This document shows positions 53,636 to 64,000 of a stretch of DNA of 64,000 nt, piece after piece. The notes under the pieces are model-generated. The model was given only the letters and a program-made list of their open reading frames with translations, did no database searches and had not been told where the DNA came from. The stretch is from assembly GCA_964035545.1 (NCBI GenBank), contig OZ037766.1, forward strand, positions 30,990,773-31,054,772, read 5' to 3'. This DNA is from Bugula neritina. Taxonomy: Eukaryota > Animalia > Bryozoa. Position 1 is the stretch's first letter, and each line of letters starts with the position of its first letter. The translations under genes were made by a program, and so were the position numbers.

Positions 53636-55423
53636 TCATTGCTCGACTTCCTCAATGTTCAGCTTCTCAGACACATATATTCCGTCCAAGAACTTTCGGA
53701 TGTCTTTATTTTTCACTGAAGTACTCTGTTGGATTCTGGCAGCTAAAACACAAATCATCAAATTTATTACAAACTGAGAGCATTTGATTTATGGATGGCT
53801 GAGCATTGAGAGGCTGACTGCTGCTGCTTCAACACTTCCAGTGCAAATTTCTATTACAGATTTATTACAAAATATTTCTTAAAAGTTAAGAATGCAGCAA
53901 GAAATGAGCTGTTCAACCCAACAATTTATAAATAGAAATTAAGTATAGGCCTACGGCAGAAAATTAGTTGACCAATATTGAAGAGCGAGATGTTGGAGAG
54001 ATGGGGATATAAATTAGTTGCATACAGAAGAAAGAAGACAACTCCAGCCATGAACCCTGAACTCGACTGGCACAAAGAATAATCAAGTGGCATGTAGAAT
54101 AAATTGATATATCTCCATGTGACTATATTATTAGTAGAGGAAGAAGTCACCTACAGATCTAATTTTATTAAACCGATTAACCCTCAACTAACACAATGAC
54201 GGTTGGCAACAACCATAAAACCTGTTTTAGAAGTTATTTTGCACAAAAAACTGCATCTTTTACAAGTAGAGGATATTTCGTTGAAAACAACACTGCTAGT
54301 TAATAGTTAATGCAATTTCAGTTGTTAGTAATTTCCCGGCTTACGATGAGGCAGTAAGTTAAGGCTGACTCATGTTAAATGAGCTGATGATCAAGACTTG
54401 AGATTCAGACCCAAAGCATCATGATTACTACAGAAAGCCTATTGAGTGTCAAGTTGAATATAAAATCAATGAAATCGACTTACCAGCTTGTGAAACTGCA
54501 TCAATATCGTTTCCATCGATCTGGTACTCATCTTTACTTCCTGTGTTGGCTGCCGTGACTCCTTCGGGCATCATTACAATTCTGGTGTACTTTTCCCCCA
54601 GAAAGTTACGGATTTCAACTTTCCTTCCAGCTTCACTGATTGCGATGTTGATGGGAAAGTGAGCATACACACTCTTCATTTTGTATCTGTATCCCTAATA
54701 TTGAAAAATAAAATAGCTTTAAGTCAACAGCAGAAAGATAACACTAAAATATCAAGGGATGCCTTGTATAATAAGAGCTACTAGAAAGTTTTCACTGAAT
54801 CATAAGAAACCAAACACTTTAATATGGCTTATATATCAATATATTATTTAATCGCCATTCAATGAAAAAGGCACTAGCTTAAGGTAGGTTACTTGAAACT
54901 ATTGCTGCAAGAGCCAGTGCAGAAAAGAATATAAAATCAAATGACCAAGTGCTACAACTGTTAGCCTCACTAGAGGATTCTTAAAACTTGAACAATCGAA
55001 CTGATTACTAGTAGTAGTACTACTATAACATTATTCATCTATTGTATAACTAACAGCAACAGTAACACTAACTTCAACTTACTTTTAGTTTTAAGTTAAA
55101 CAACTTTGGCTTTAAGAAGTTCATTTAACAATTATAAAATTAAATATAATTGATATGTTATAGCTACTTACTCTCTGAACACCAGTAAACAGGTTCTGAA
55201 TGTGTGAGCATACAGTGTTGACAGCAGCCATCTCTTTCTTATTGCTAAACCATTTTTCTACTCGGATTGTATTTTTGCCTATGACGCGGATGTCAATTTG
55301 CAAATGACCAAAGTTACGCTTTATGGTGCCTCTTGGACCGGTCACGGTTACTTTCCTGGACTTTACAAAGAATTTGCAGTTTTCAGGAATGGGAATATCC
55401 TGAACACAGTGGATGGTCTTCAT
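53636..55423 (-). CDS. RPL9: 60S ribosomal protein L9 (uL6)
   Basis: Exons 55423-55172 (MKTI...[17 protein letters not shown]...[14 protein letters not shown]), 54694-54484 ([16 protein letters not shown]...[13 protein letters not shown]) and 53742-53636 ([26 protein letters not shown]). Confidence 0.97.
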
Positions 55424-55636
55424 GTTGACTACAATGGTAGTAAACGGATGAATGTAATTGCAAGCAACGAAAAACACGAGCTATTGCCTAGCTAGTGAGT
55501 AAAATATATTAGAACTTTATAAAATAAAATCTACCCTTTTATTTCACTTTCATGAATTGCTCGATTACTGAAACTAAGCTTTAAATAAATTAGATTATAA
55601 TGTTGAATTAGATTGAATTCATACAGTTGTACTTAC

Positions 55637-55662
55637 ATTCACAACACAGGAAACGAAAAAGA
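55637..55662 (-). promoter_or_regulatory. RPL9 TCT/5'-TOP start site and short non-coding first exon
   Basis: Minus strand TTCTTTTTCGTTTCCTGTGTTGTGAAT|GTAAGT, with a matching acceptor TTGTAG|TCAAC-ATG at ~55429. A polypyrimidine start is typical of ribosomal protein genes. Confidence 0.7.
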
Positions 55663-56194
55663 ACGTAATGAGAACTCTGGGATATATTTATTTACAGCCC
55701 GTGTATCGGGTTGTATCATTTTATTCCGATTTTTAAACAGGCGCTCGTAAAGTACCATCTTACTATATAGCTCCGTTACTTCCACTTTGTCAGTTACTGT
55801 CAATTTTTCGATAGTTACTGGCAAGTTGAGCCACCTTTTAAGTTGAAATAAATAATTAATAGAATATATACTATTCACTAATATTAAATGATATTGCTTT
55901 TTTATTAGTTTGACTGTTTTCTTTGTCGCGTTGTGCTTCAATCTGCAGTGAAGTTCAACTTCATGTTTAAAAAGAAAAGTAATTTGTAAAACCCTCTCGG
56001 CTCTCAGTCTCACTCGTGACTCTGGCTCTAGCTCTTACTCTTAGTCTTAGTTACTCATACTGATAGTGATACTCATAATGAGAGTGAGTTCGTTAGTTAC
56101 TTTTACTCTTAGTTTTACAGTTTGAGTTAGTGAGTTACAGTTGGTGTGTTGCTTAGTCTTGGTCTAGCTATAAGTATAAGACTAAGAGTAAGAC

Positions 56195-57289
56195 CTCAGT
56201 TACCTCCAGATTTCGATCATGCTAGACCACTAGGTAGCAGAAGCGGCATGCCTCATATGTTTACGGTTGGTCAGAAAGTAAAATGCATACAATAGTCCAT
56301 AAATTGGTTGCAGTGTGTGTTGCAATATTGTTGATTAGTACAGGTAAGTTAACCTGTCAATGTTTAGATTATTCTGTGTGTAAATTAGTCTTGCAAGGAT
56401 TGTTCCCTTTAAGGTCACGGATTGTCCGTGGCAAGAAGCTGTTATAATAGCAGTTATTATTGGTGCTGACTGATCTTGGCTGTCCTAGTGTTTGGGCCCT
56501 AGTTTGGATAAAACTTTCCGGGGTATTTATTAGTTCGTCATACGCTGCAGAGAGTGCTGGGTGATATTCTTCCTTTTGGAGTATCCTCATAAGGAGTCTT
56601 AGCCGTTGAGTTCTTCTTCTTTCATCGAGGGCGGCCAGCTCCAGTCTTTCTTTTGCTTTTCGCACTCCTCTTCTACCCTTGATGTTAGCTATGGCTCTTA
56701 CTGCCCGTGTTTGTACCTCTTCGATGGAATTTATTTCTTTTGTAGTATAGGGGTCCCAAACAGCAGAAGCATAGTCTAGGTGAGGAAGGCATAGGGATTT
56801 GTAAGCCATGAGTCTCACTTTTTCGGGTGCCCAGTGCAAAGCCCTTTTGATCATCCCCAGTTGTTTGTTTGCTAGCAATATTTTGCTCTGGATATGATTA
56901 TCAAACTTCAGGTTGGCCTGTAGAGTCACTCCGAGGTATGTTGATTTGTCCACCTGTTGTAGAACTGTGCCATTTAACGTGTAGTGTGCTGGTATATCTT
57001 GCTCTTTGAATGCCATAATTTTGCTCTTTTTAACATTGAACTCCATACCCCACTTTGAAGCCCAACTTCCTGCTGCATCTATGTTCCTTTGAAACCTTAG
57101 TCTGTCTTGGTCATCTGAGACAGGCTGGTAGAGGAGGGTGTCATCTGCGAAGAGACCAACTTCACAATCAACACAGTCAGGGAGATCATTTATGAACACG
57201 AGAAACAGTATGGGGCCGAGCACAGAGCCCTGAGGTACCCCAGACGTCACTGGCAGTGGTTCTGACTTTTTGCCATCAAGTACGACCCT
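56195..57289 (-). mobile_element. 5'-truncated non-LTR retrotransposon (CR1/L2/jockey-group LINE): RT C-terminal half plus 3' UTR
   Basis: Uninterrupted ORF 57250-56369 with SGVPQGSVLGPILFLVFINDLP, LFADDTLLY, YLGV, LDYASAVWDPY and FLPRTIRD. Coding similarity begins abruptly at ~57289 (RVVLDGKKSEPLPVT). Higher GC than the flanks. Confidence 0.93.
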
Positions 57290-57451
57290 AATCTTATTAA
57301 TATTAGTTATTACTATTAGTATTACTAATAGAGTAATACTATAGTAATACTAATACTTAATCTTAATTCTTATTCTTATGTCTTAAAGTTATTCATACTT
57401 ATAGTTCTAGTAGTAGTACCACTACTAGGTCTACTACTACTTACTAGTACT

Positions 57452-57523
<72 letters not shown>
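57452..57523. repeat. (GTA)n microsatellite within a low-complexity region
   Basis: Directly visible. Confidence 0.95.
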
Positions 57524-57524
<1 letters not shown>

Positions 57525-57910
57525 AACTAGAAGTAGACGTAGTACTTTCAGTTCTTAATTTCAATTTTTTTTCAATTCACTTTCAGAATGACTATGAGTT
57601 TGAATGGCTGAAGGTGAATAGCAGAATTAGAGTAAGAATATTCGTACTGAGAAATGGCACTGTGATTGTCATTCACTCATTGGATTGTGAGAATGATTGT
57701 AAATGTAATACTTATACTAATACTGTAATAGTAATGCTTATACTTATAGTTATAGTTATAATATTAATTATACTTATACTTATAGATTATAATCACTCAT
57801 TAGTCATTATATATAGATATATATATATGAATTATAGTTATACTTATTCACCTAATAGCTTATAGTTTTACTGAATAACTAATATTAATACTATTACTTA
57901 TCCTTATAAA

Positions 57911-58120
57911 AAACTTGCGCAAGTTTATAGTCACTATCCCTGTGAGAAACCTCTGATGGAAAGAGTTTTTGTTAAATCGAGCTAAGGACTTGTTTAGATG
58001 CGGCACGGGAGCAATTATGACGGGATGCTCTTCCTAACATCACCAATGGCCTTTGTCGGGTTCGAACCCATGACTTCATGCTCACTAGGCAAACACTCTA
58101 ACCCCTAGACCATGGCTGCT
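57911..58120 (-). mobile_element. tRNA-derived SINE, full length
   Basis: Minus strand AGCAGCCATGGTCTAGGGGTTAGAGTG (A box), GGGTTCGAACCC (B box), conserved body, and 3' palindrome AAACTTGCGCAAGTTT. Confidence 0.87.
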
Positions 58121-59546
58121 TATAGTTATAATTATAACAAATAATACTAATAGTAATAATTTATTTTAATTGGAAAAATCAAAATTACCTATATTTTTAT
58201 CTTTTTGGTAGTTGTGAGAGGCCTCTATCAATTGGATTTCTACAGAATCGATTGGAAATTGTCAAACTCAAGATCAGCTCATCAGATTTAATTTTACCAC
58301 AGTAGCAACAAGTGTCAAAATTGTGATAATCAAAATTACAGACTTTCTTAATTAATCTCAAGTGTTTTTAAAAAAGTTAAAATTATGTTTTTATTGCTAA
58401 ACTTTCATAGTTCTACAAACTGTGACTAAAAATAACCATATAATAGCACCTCGCTAATGATTAATTTAATTTTTTCTGCTGATTGATGTAAATTATGTGA
58501 AAAACTGCATTTAGTACAGTAGTCAGCTGCTGGCAGTTAACAACTCTAACATATTGTGAGTGCAAATCTCACTGAAGCTTTACTTGAGCTTTCCTAGTTG
58601 GATATGCTATACCTATGTTTGTATTGTTCTGGTTTAGTTTAGTTTTCTTTAAGCTGATGCAAAAAGGCATATAGAAAAAGGGTTTGCTAATTTAGTTCAT
58701 TAATTTAATTTAATTTGGTTTAGCCTACTGATGTTGAGTTCATGTTCCACTAGTGTGCACAAAATTTACTATGAAACCAATATGCTTGGGCATACTGCCT
58801 GAACTTGTACTCAGGTGATAGCCAAGATATATTTGTGAATAATGTAGCAGTGAATAACTGTAGCATGTCACAGATTCTTAGAAAACCTCAAGTTATAAAT
58901 AAAGTCAAGTGAAAACTTGTACAAGATGGCTTTTTATTATCTAAATTTTTTTCCAAGTTCATATTTTAAGTAATAAATCGCTAGGATCCAAATAACCAAT
59001 AAGCTTTGCAAATAATTAGTAACTATGAAAAAATTTATTCTCTATCACAATGGGCCATTGTTATCTCAGCCACAGCACATTTAGTAAAATCATTATGAGA
59101 GATAATTGAGTTGTCTTATAGACTCATGCAAATGAACCCATGAGTGTATCAATACATTTATTGATTAATCATGCAAACAAACAAAATGTCTTCTTGTTAG
59201 ATGGTAAATACAATAGGGTAATGAATATGATATAAAAGATGTCTATTGATTGCACTAGAATATCACAGTTAATAATTTTAACAAGACATTATAGTTCTCA
59301 TCACCAATCCGATTCGTTTAGTCTGCGACATATTTATTCTCGACATATATTTCTTTACATTGATAAACATCTAAAAACTGAAAACTAGTTCCAATTTTCG
59401 GCATTTTCAAATTTACCACAATTGTTTATCAGTGCAGCCACATCCTTAGTTTTGAGGTGCAAGACTTGTGACGAATTCCTTCTCACCATAATATCTATTC
59501 GGATTAATAAGCACTGTGATGATATAATATTTTAATTCTGCTATCA

Positions 59547-62500
59547 ATGTTTCGGAAAAGAAAGATTATATTAAAGCTTCTATTTTTTCTGGTGGTGTGT
59601 TTCATATTGTTATATTACGTTGATATAACTGATATAAAGGATAGTAGGAAAGCTGTTGCAGTTACAAGTTCTTCAAAGACTGTTACGGGTTCCGCACCAC
59701 CCACCAACGCATCAACACCACAAGGACCTAAAGGGTTAAAGGTCGTGTATGCCTCTATAGATCACTGTAAAAAGCCAGCATATAACCCTGACTACAGTGC
59801 TCTGTGTTACAATTCCAAAAATATAACGTAAGTGTAATGCCTTTATATGCTTCATCAGTATTCAATTGATAGATAATTTTTCAATTTTAAATATTTGAGA
59901 GAAAAAAGCTGCTTAAAATCTAAAGGAATCAGATTGCACTTGTGTGAGAAAAGCTATGTATATATTTTTAATTAGAAGAACCCAGTTACTGTAAAATGGT
60001 AAATTTATTTTTAACCAACTTTGACTTTAAATTAACTTCACTCCATTACATTCAACATTGAGTTAGGTCACTCTTTCAAAAGCAAGTAATGTAGTAAAAT
60101 TTCTATAGTCAGTACTCTGGTGTTTGTAGAAACTATAAAGGTGTTGGAAGTTTAGACTGCATAGCCAATCACATCTCATTGGAATAAGAAAATGTGGAAC
60201 AACAGATGTAATTAAATGGTTTCAGTACCACCAGAAAAACACTAAACTGCAAGTTAAAGTGAGTATGTATGTAGACATGCGTTGCATGTTTTCACTGAAA
60301 TTACTTTTAAAGCATACTAAAGCAGTAGCTAGTAAGAAATAAACAATATGCTCTAAAAGTTTTCTACCTTCCACCGCCTAGATCTGATTATAAGCTACGG
60401 CATTTCTTGCACACAATAGACAATGCATTCTGCAGAACAGGAAGGAAAGGTATTACTTCGCTATGATAATAATGGTGTGGTGAATGTATAATATTCTTGA
60501 ACACTTCATAGGGTGATAATATCCAGATATCTATCAAATGCCCCTTTGACTACTATAAGAGAGAAAGTGTAACAGATCCTGGTATGCAAAAGGATGTGAT
60601 GAGATATTCTCCTGGTAACATACTGTTCTCTGGTGTGAGAGGAAGAAATAACACTCATCTAATTATACAGACTACTATACAGTACTTAGCATTTCTGGAT
60701 GACCCAGAAAAGAGTAAATATCTGCTCACACTCAGGAATCCAACTGACAGGTATTGAAAGAATCTATTAGCTGGCTATATGATGAGTAAATATGATATTA
60801 TAGTTAGAAAACTACAAGATTATATTAATAATGTCAAAATCACACCTAATTTAATAATTATACATACCTATAATAATATACTCGTACATATACATGAGAG
60901 TTCAGGCATGCTTATATATATGCATATATAATTATAATATAATAGAATTATATATTTATATGTTATAGGTATAAAATTATTATATTATATATTATTATGC
61001 AGCTGCTGTACATATATTATTGAGTTATAAATATATTATACATTCTTATTAAAGAAGCAGTTTGCAAATGTTATTTTTAATTTATTGCACAACAGATGAA
61101 AAATTAACATCTATAAATTTCTTATTTATAATAATATGTAGACATTCTCACTCAATTTAATAGTGTAGTTTTTGACTAGATGCCTGGTTTTGGTATTTCA
61201 GACTGATTTCTTATCTCTTCCATGCCCACAAACAGAAGTGGATTTACCGTAATGTAGCTACTTCCAACTTCAATGCCACCCTTGTACATACTATCGTCAT
61301 CTCTTTGCTGGAGAAGGTAAAAGCATGTTTACAGAAGAATGGAGAGCTAGCATGTGTGTATATGTATAACTCTCGTGATGGCAACTTGGACGTAAGTGTT
61401 GTAAAATGCAATAATATTGCTTCATCTTATTGAAACATGCGATTCAACAGTGCACTTATCTTGCACTTACTTTGATGTTTGCACCTTGCACTTTGCTCTG
61501 CAATCTTATAGTATACATTATAATACATTATTCATTTGTTTATGTTTGAACTTAGTTCATTGAAATAATACAGGCCTATTTCAAACAAACTTGTTAACTC
61601 TACTTTTGTATTCTAGCAATAGCTGTCAAAAATTTTCAGTTAAATTATTTTATAATTGGGATATAAGTCAGTTATCGCTTGTATTTTTCTCAAGTATATT
61701 GCACATTCAAATAAGCAAAACTAGGTTATAATTGCATACAAACTTTGCAATATGAAAGAAGACTCCTGTATGCTCTAATTATTAAATTAAATAATTACTA
61801 ATTAAATTACAATGCCCGATCTCTTTAGCCTGGAAACAGTCTTAATTTGACTGGTATTTACAGTTTCTTATATTGCTAGCTATATATAAATTACCATATT
61901 GCAACTCATATTTTAGCTACCAACACAGTTTATCATTTTTTACAAAAATCTACCCGCTCATAACATCAACTAAATTTGTTTAGCCTACGTGGAAGTAACA
62001 ACATATATTTCAGTCAATATTTGGCAAGTTGCACTAAAACTTGTTTGTTTTCATTTCCTAAGATTAATAATTCAAATTATTGTTGCATGATTTTTATTGA
62101 ATATTTTAGCCTGTTATACAGCATGGAATGTATGTAGTGTATATTGAAGAATTGTTCAAGTTTATACCAAGGGAGCGAATCTACATTAATCAATTGGAGG
62201 AATATTCTCTTAACCAGGTAGTTTACATTTCAGTCACATGTGCAAATGCTGGCCAATCAATGCATTGCTCAGTTGCAATTTACTTTATAATTAAATACCT
62301 ACTGTTATACATTTATTATATTTATTGTATGGAGTTGTCTTCTATTGTACTATTTGGCTACATGGAAACATTAGTAGTTACAATGTTATGCTTGATGACT
62401 TATGGAACAATATTTACTAGCAACTGGTTAAGTATTTTATTGAATACATTTTATTAAAACATCTAAATCACAACAGCTCATAAACTTACATAACAATTAG

Positions 62501-62807
62501 CACGTATTAATTTGTATTATTTCAGCTTTTCTCAAAATTAAATGAAAGCATTGCATAGAATAGAAGTCTTGAAATTTGTTTGTAGCTGCAGACGGCAGCT
62601 AAAATGGTAGAATTCTTTGGAAGAAAACTGGACATAACAGAAGAAACAATTGCAACGTCATATAAAAGTAGGAACAAAGGCACTAAAACGGGCGTCCTCC
62701 CAGAAACTTTGAGTAAACTGGACAATTTTTATAGACCTTATAATCAACGACTAGCAACTCTACTGGGTGATAAGAAATGGCTGTATAATGGAGAGGCTAA
62801 GCAATGA
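59547..62807 (+). CDS. Carbohydrate sulfotransferase 15-like (GalNAc4S-6ST family)
   Basis: Type-II anchor MFRKRKIILKLLFFLVVCFILLYYV (exon 59547-59827). 5'-PSB HLIGIRKCGTTDV (~60172-60210), 3'-PB YLLTLRNPTDR|LISY (60750/61202), ACLQKNGELACVY, and GMYVVYIEELFKFIPRERIYINQLEEY. C-terminus LDNFYRPYNQRLATLLGDKKWLY. The exon-2 acceptor and frame are ambiguous. Confidence 0.82.
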
Positions 62808-63222
62808 TAGCTTTTTAATTATTTTTAATCAACATGCAAGCTAATATTAATTATTGTTAAATGCTCATATTTTACAATAATAATTCACTAACAAGCACAA
62901 ACGACAGCAAACTAAGGGACTGTATTTATATTACACACAAAACCAGCCAAATTGTACTACAAAATGTGGCTGCTGTAATTTGAATTAACATAATTTACAA
63001 TTCCCATGTGGTTTCCAATTTCTTCATATGAAAGCTTTTGTGCTGAGAAGATGACTAACTTCCAGTTAGGCTGTGGGGTTATTTTCTTTATTTAATTTAG
63101 CAGATTTTTTATTTTAAATATTTTCCATAATATTGTGTTGCATTGTGTTATTACTTCAATTGGTCACGGCATTAAAAACCAATTAAATTTATTAAAGAAA
63201 TAAAAGCTTGCATATGATTGGT

Positions 63223-63815
63223 TCAAATGTATTCATCATCCATATCTGAGGTAAAGTCCAGGTGATCTACAAGACCTCCGTCCTTGTAACGCTGATTGAG
63301 TGACATAAACTGAATGATGAAAGCCTCCAGGTGAAATATATCCTTAGATCCTAGCTGTAGCCTGTGCTCATAGGTAGCAGCTATCTTCACCAACTCCAAC
63401 TTCAGTTTACCAGGAAGGGCTTCCAGAAGCTCATCAACCAGAGTCTAAAATAAATATCCACTCTGTATCCTTTATACATGGAAGTAAATGAAAATACTTG
63501 GTCAGCTCACATCCTATTGGCTAGATGCAACACAATCTAACCAATAATAGCATCCGTATTGTATTATATCGGAACACAACAGTACGGCCATTACACTTAC
63601 AGTTCTTATGGTCATACTTACAGTCACTATAGTTACACTTACAATCATAATAAATGTATGTACAATCTTTATAGTTGCACTTAGTCATTGTAATAGTACT
63701 TACAGTTATTATAGTCATACTTACAGTCATTATAGTCATACTTACAGTCATTATAGTCGTACTGGGTATCAAATGTATTTGTAGTTGATACAGCCGTTCT
63801 CTAATCTTCATCAGC
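63223..63815 (-). CDS. RFC3: Replication factor C subunit 3 (38-kDa), last two exons; the gene continues beyond the window
   Basis: Exon 63815-63746 RLMKIRERLYQLQIHLIPSTTIMT and exon 63444-63223 TLVDELLEALPGKLKLELVKIAATYEHRLQLGSKDIFHLEAFIIQFM...*, which match the recognisable RFC3 C-terminal motif YEHRLQLGSK-I-HLEAF. Confidence 0.88.
63590..63758 (-). repeat. 21-bp tandem repeat spanning the RFC3 splice donor
   Basis: Minus-strand unit GACTATAATGACT|GTAAGTAT repeated about 7-8 times, decaying into the intron. Confidence 0.85.
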
Positions 63816-64000
63816 CTGAAATTGTTTAACTTCATAAATTATAATGCAATCGGACCCTGTGACAAGGAACATAATTAGTAACACAGTCTATTTATTGCTT
63901 TGAGCATTAGGAAAGCAACTCCTAAATTTCAGAGTAGAATGATTACTGCAGTTGACAGCATTTAGTAGAGAACTGTCATTGGTTACAGTCATCCTCTAAT

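Noticed and set aside
54115-54425. Possible intronic snoRNAs in RPL9 intron 2 (minus strand ATGATGC...CTGA at ~54422-54318; two small hairpins ending in ACA at ~54205-54115)
   Set aside because: The box C is imperfect, there is no terminal stem or recognisable rRNA guide, and the H/ACA-like candidate is only ~90 nt. An Infernal/snoscan search would be needed.
55639-56013. 124-aa minus-strand ORF upstream of RPL9
   Set aside because: Non-ATG start, no recognisable domain, and it overlaps the RPL9 promoter and TOP site.
58050-58120. tRNA gene (A/B boxes; also 26960-27035)
   Set aside because: There is no closing acceptor stem or T-run terminator. It continues into a shared ~140-bp body found in three dispersed copies, so it is a SINE head.
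60382-60449. Possible extra CHST15-like exon (SDYKLRHFLHTIDNAFCRTGRK)
   Set aside because: Its phase is incompatible with the flanking phase-0 junction (60258 to 60512), which joins without it.

Overview
AT-rich, intron-containing animal (invertebrate-like) genomic DNA. There is nothing prokaryotic and no CRISPR array. All gene models were built by hand from GT-AG boundaries and reading-frame phase. From left to right: (1) a tandem family of type-I membrane receptors with up to 7 sushi/CCP domains. Copy 1 is 5'-truncated by the window (70-5648), copy 2 is complete (9731-15501), and between them lies an orphan third TM + cytoplasmic-tail module (6907-7628). (2) A six-member tandem array of three-exon, GPI-anchored Ly6/three-finger genes (22749-39138), one a pseudogene, whose promoters share an X-box + forkhead composite motif. 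(3) A CHST11-like sulfotransferase, a mitochondrial-clan-like cytochrome P450 and RPL9 on the minus strand, a 5'-truncated CR1/L2-type LINE, a CHST15-like sulfotransferase on the plus strand, and the last two exons of RFC3 on the minus strand. Mobile DNA includes three copies of a 1.3-kb TA-targeting non-autonomous TIR element, a 1.76-kb TIR element, tRNA-derived SINEs and small MITEs. The best candidate for an undescribed system is the left 39 kb: a rapidly diversifying cell-surface recognition locus of CCP receptors with Tyr-rich variable loops and possibly swappable signalling tails, next to variable-finger Ly6 proteins. A second oddity is tandem repeats that multiply splice sites in two housekeeping-type genes.
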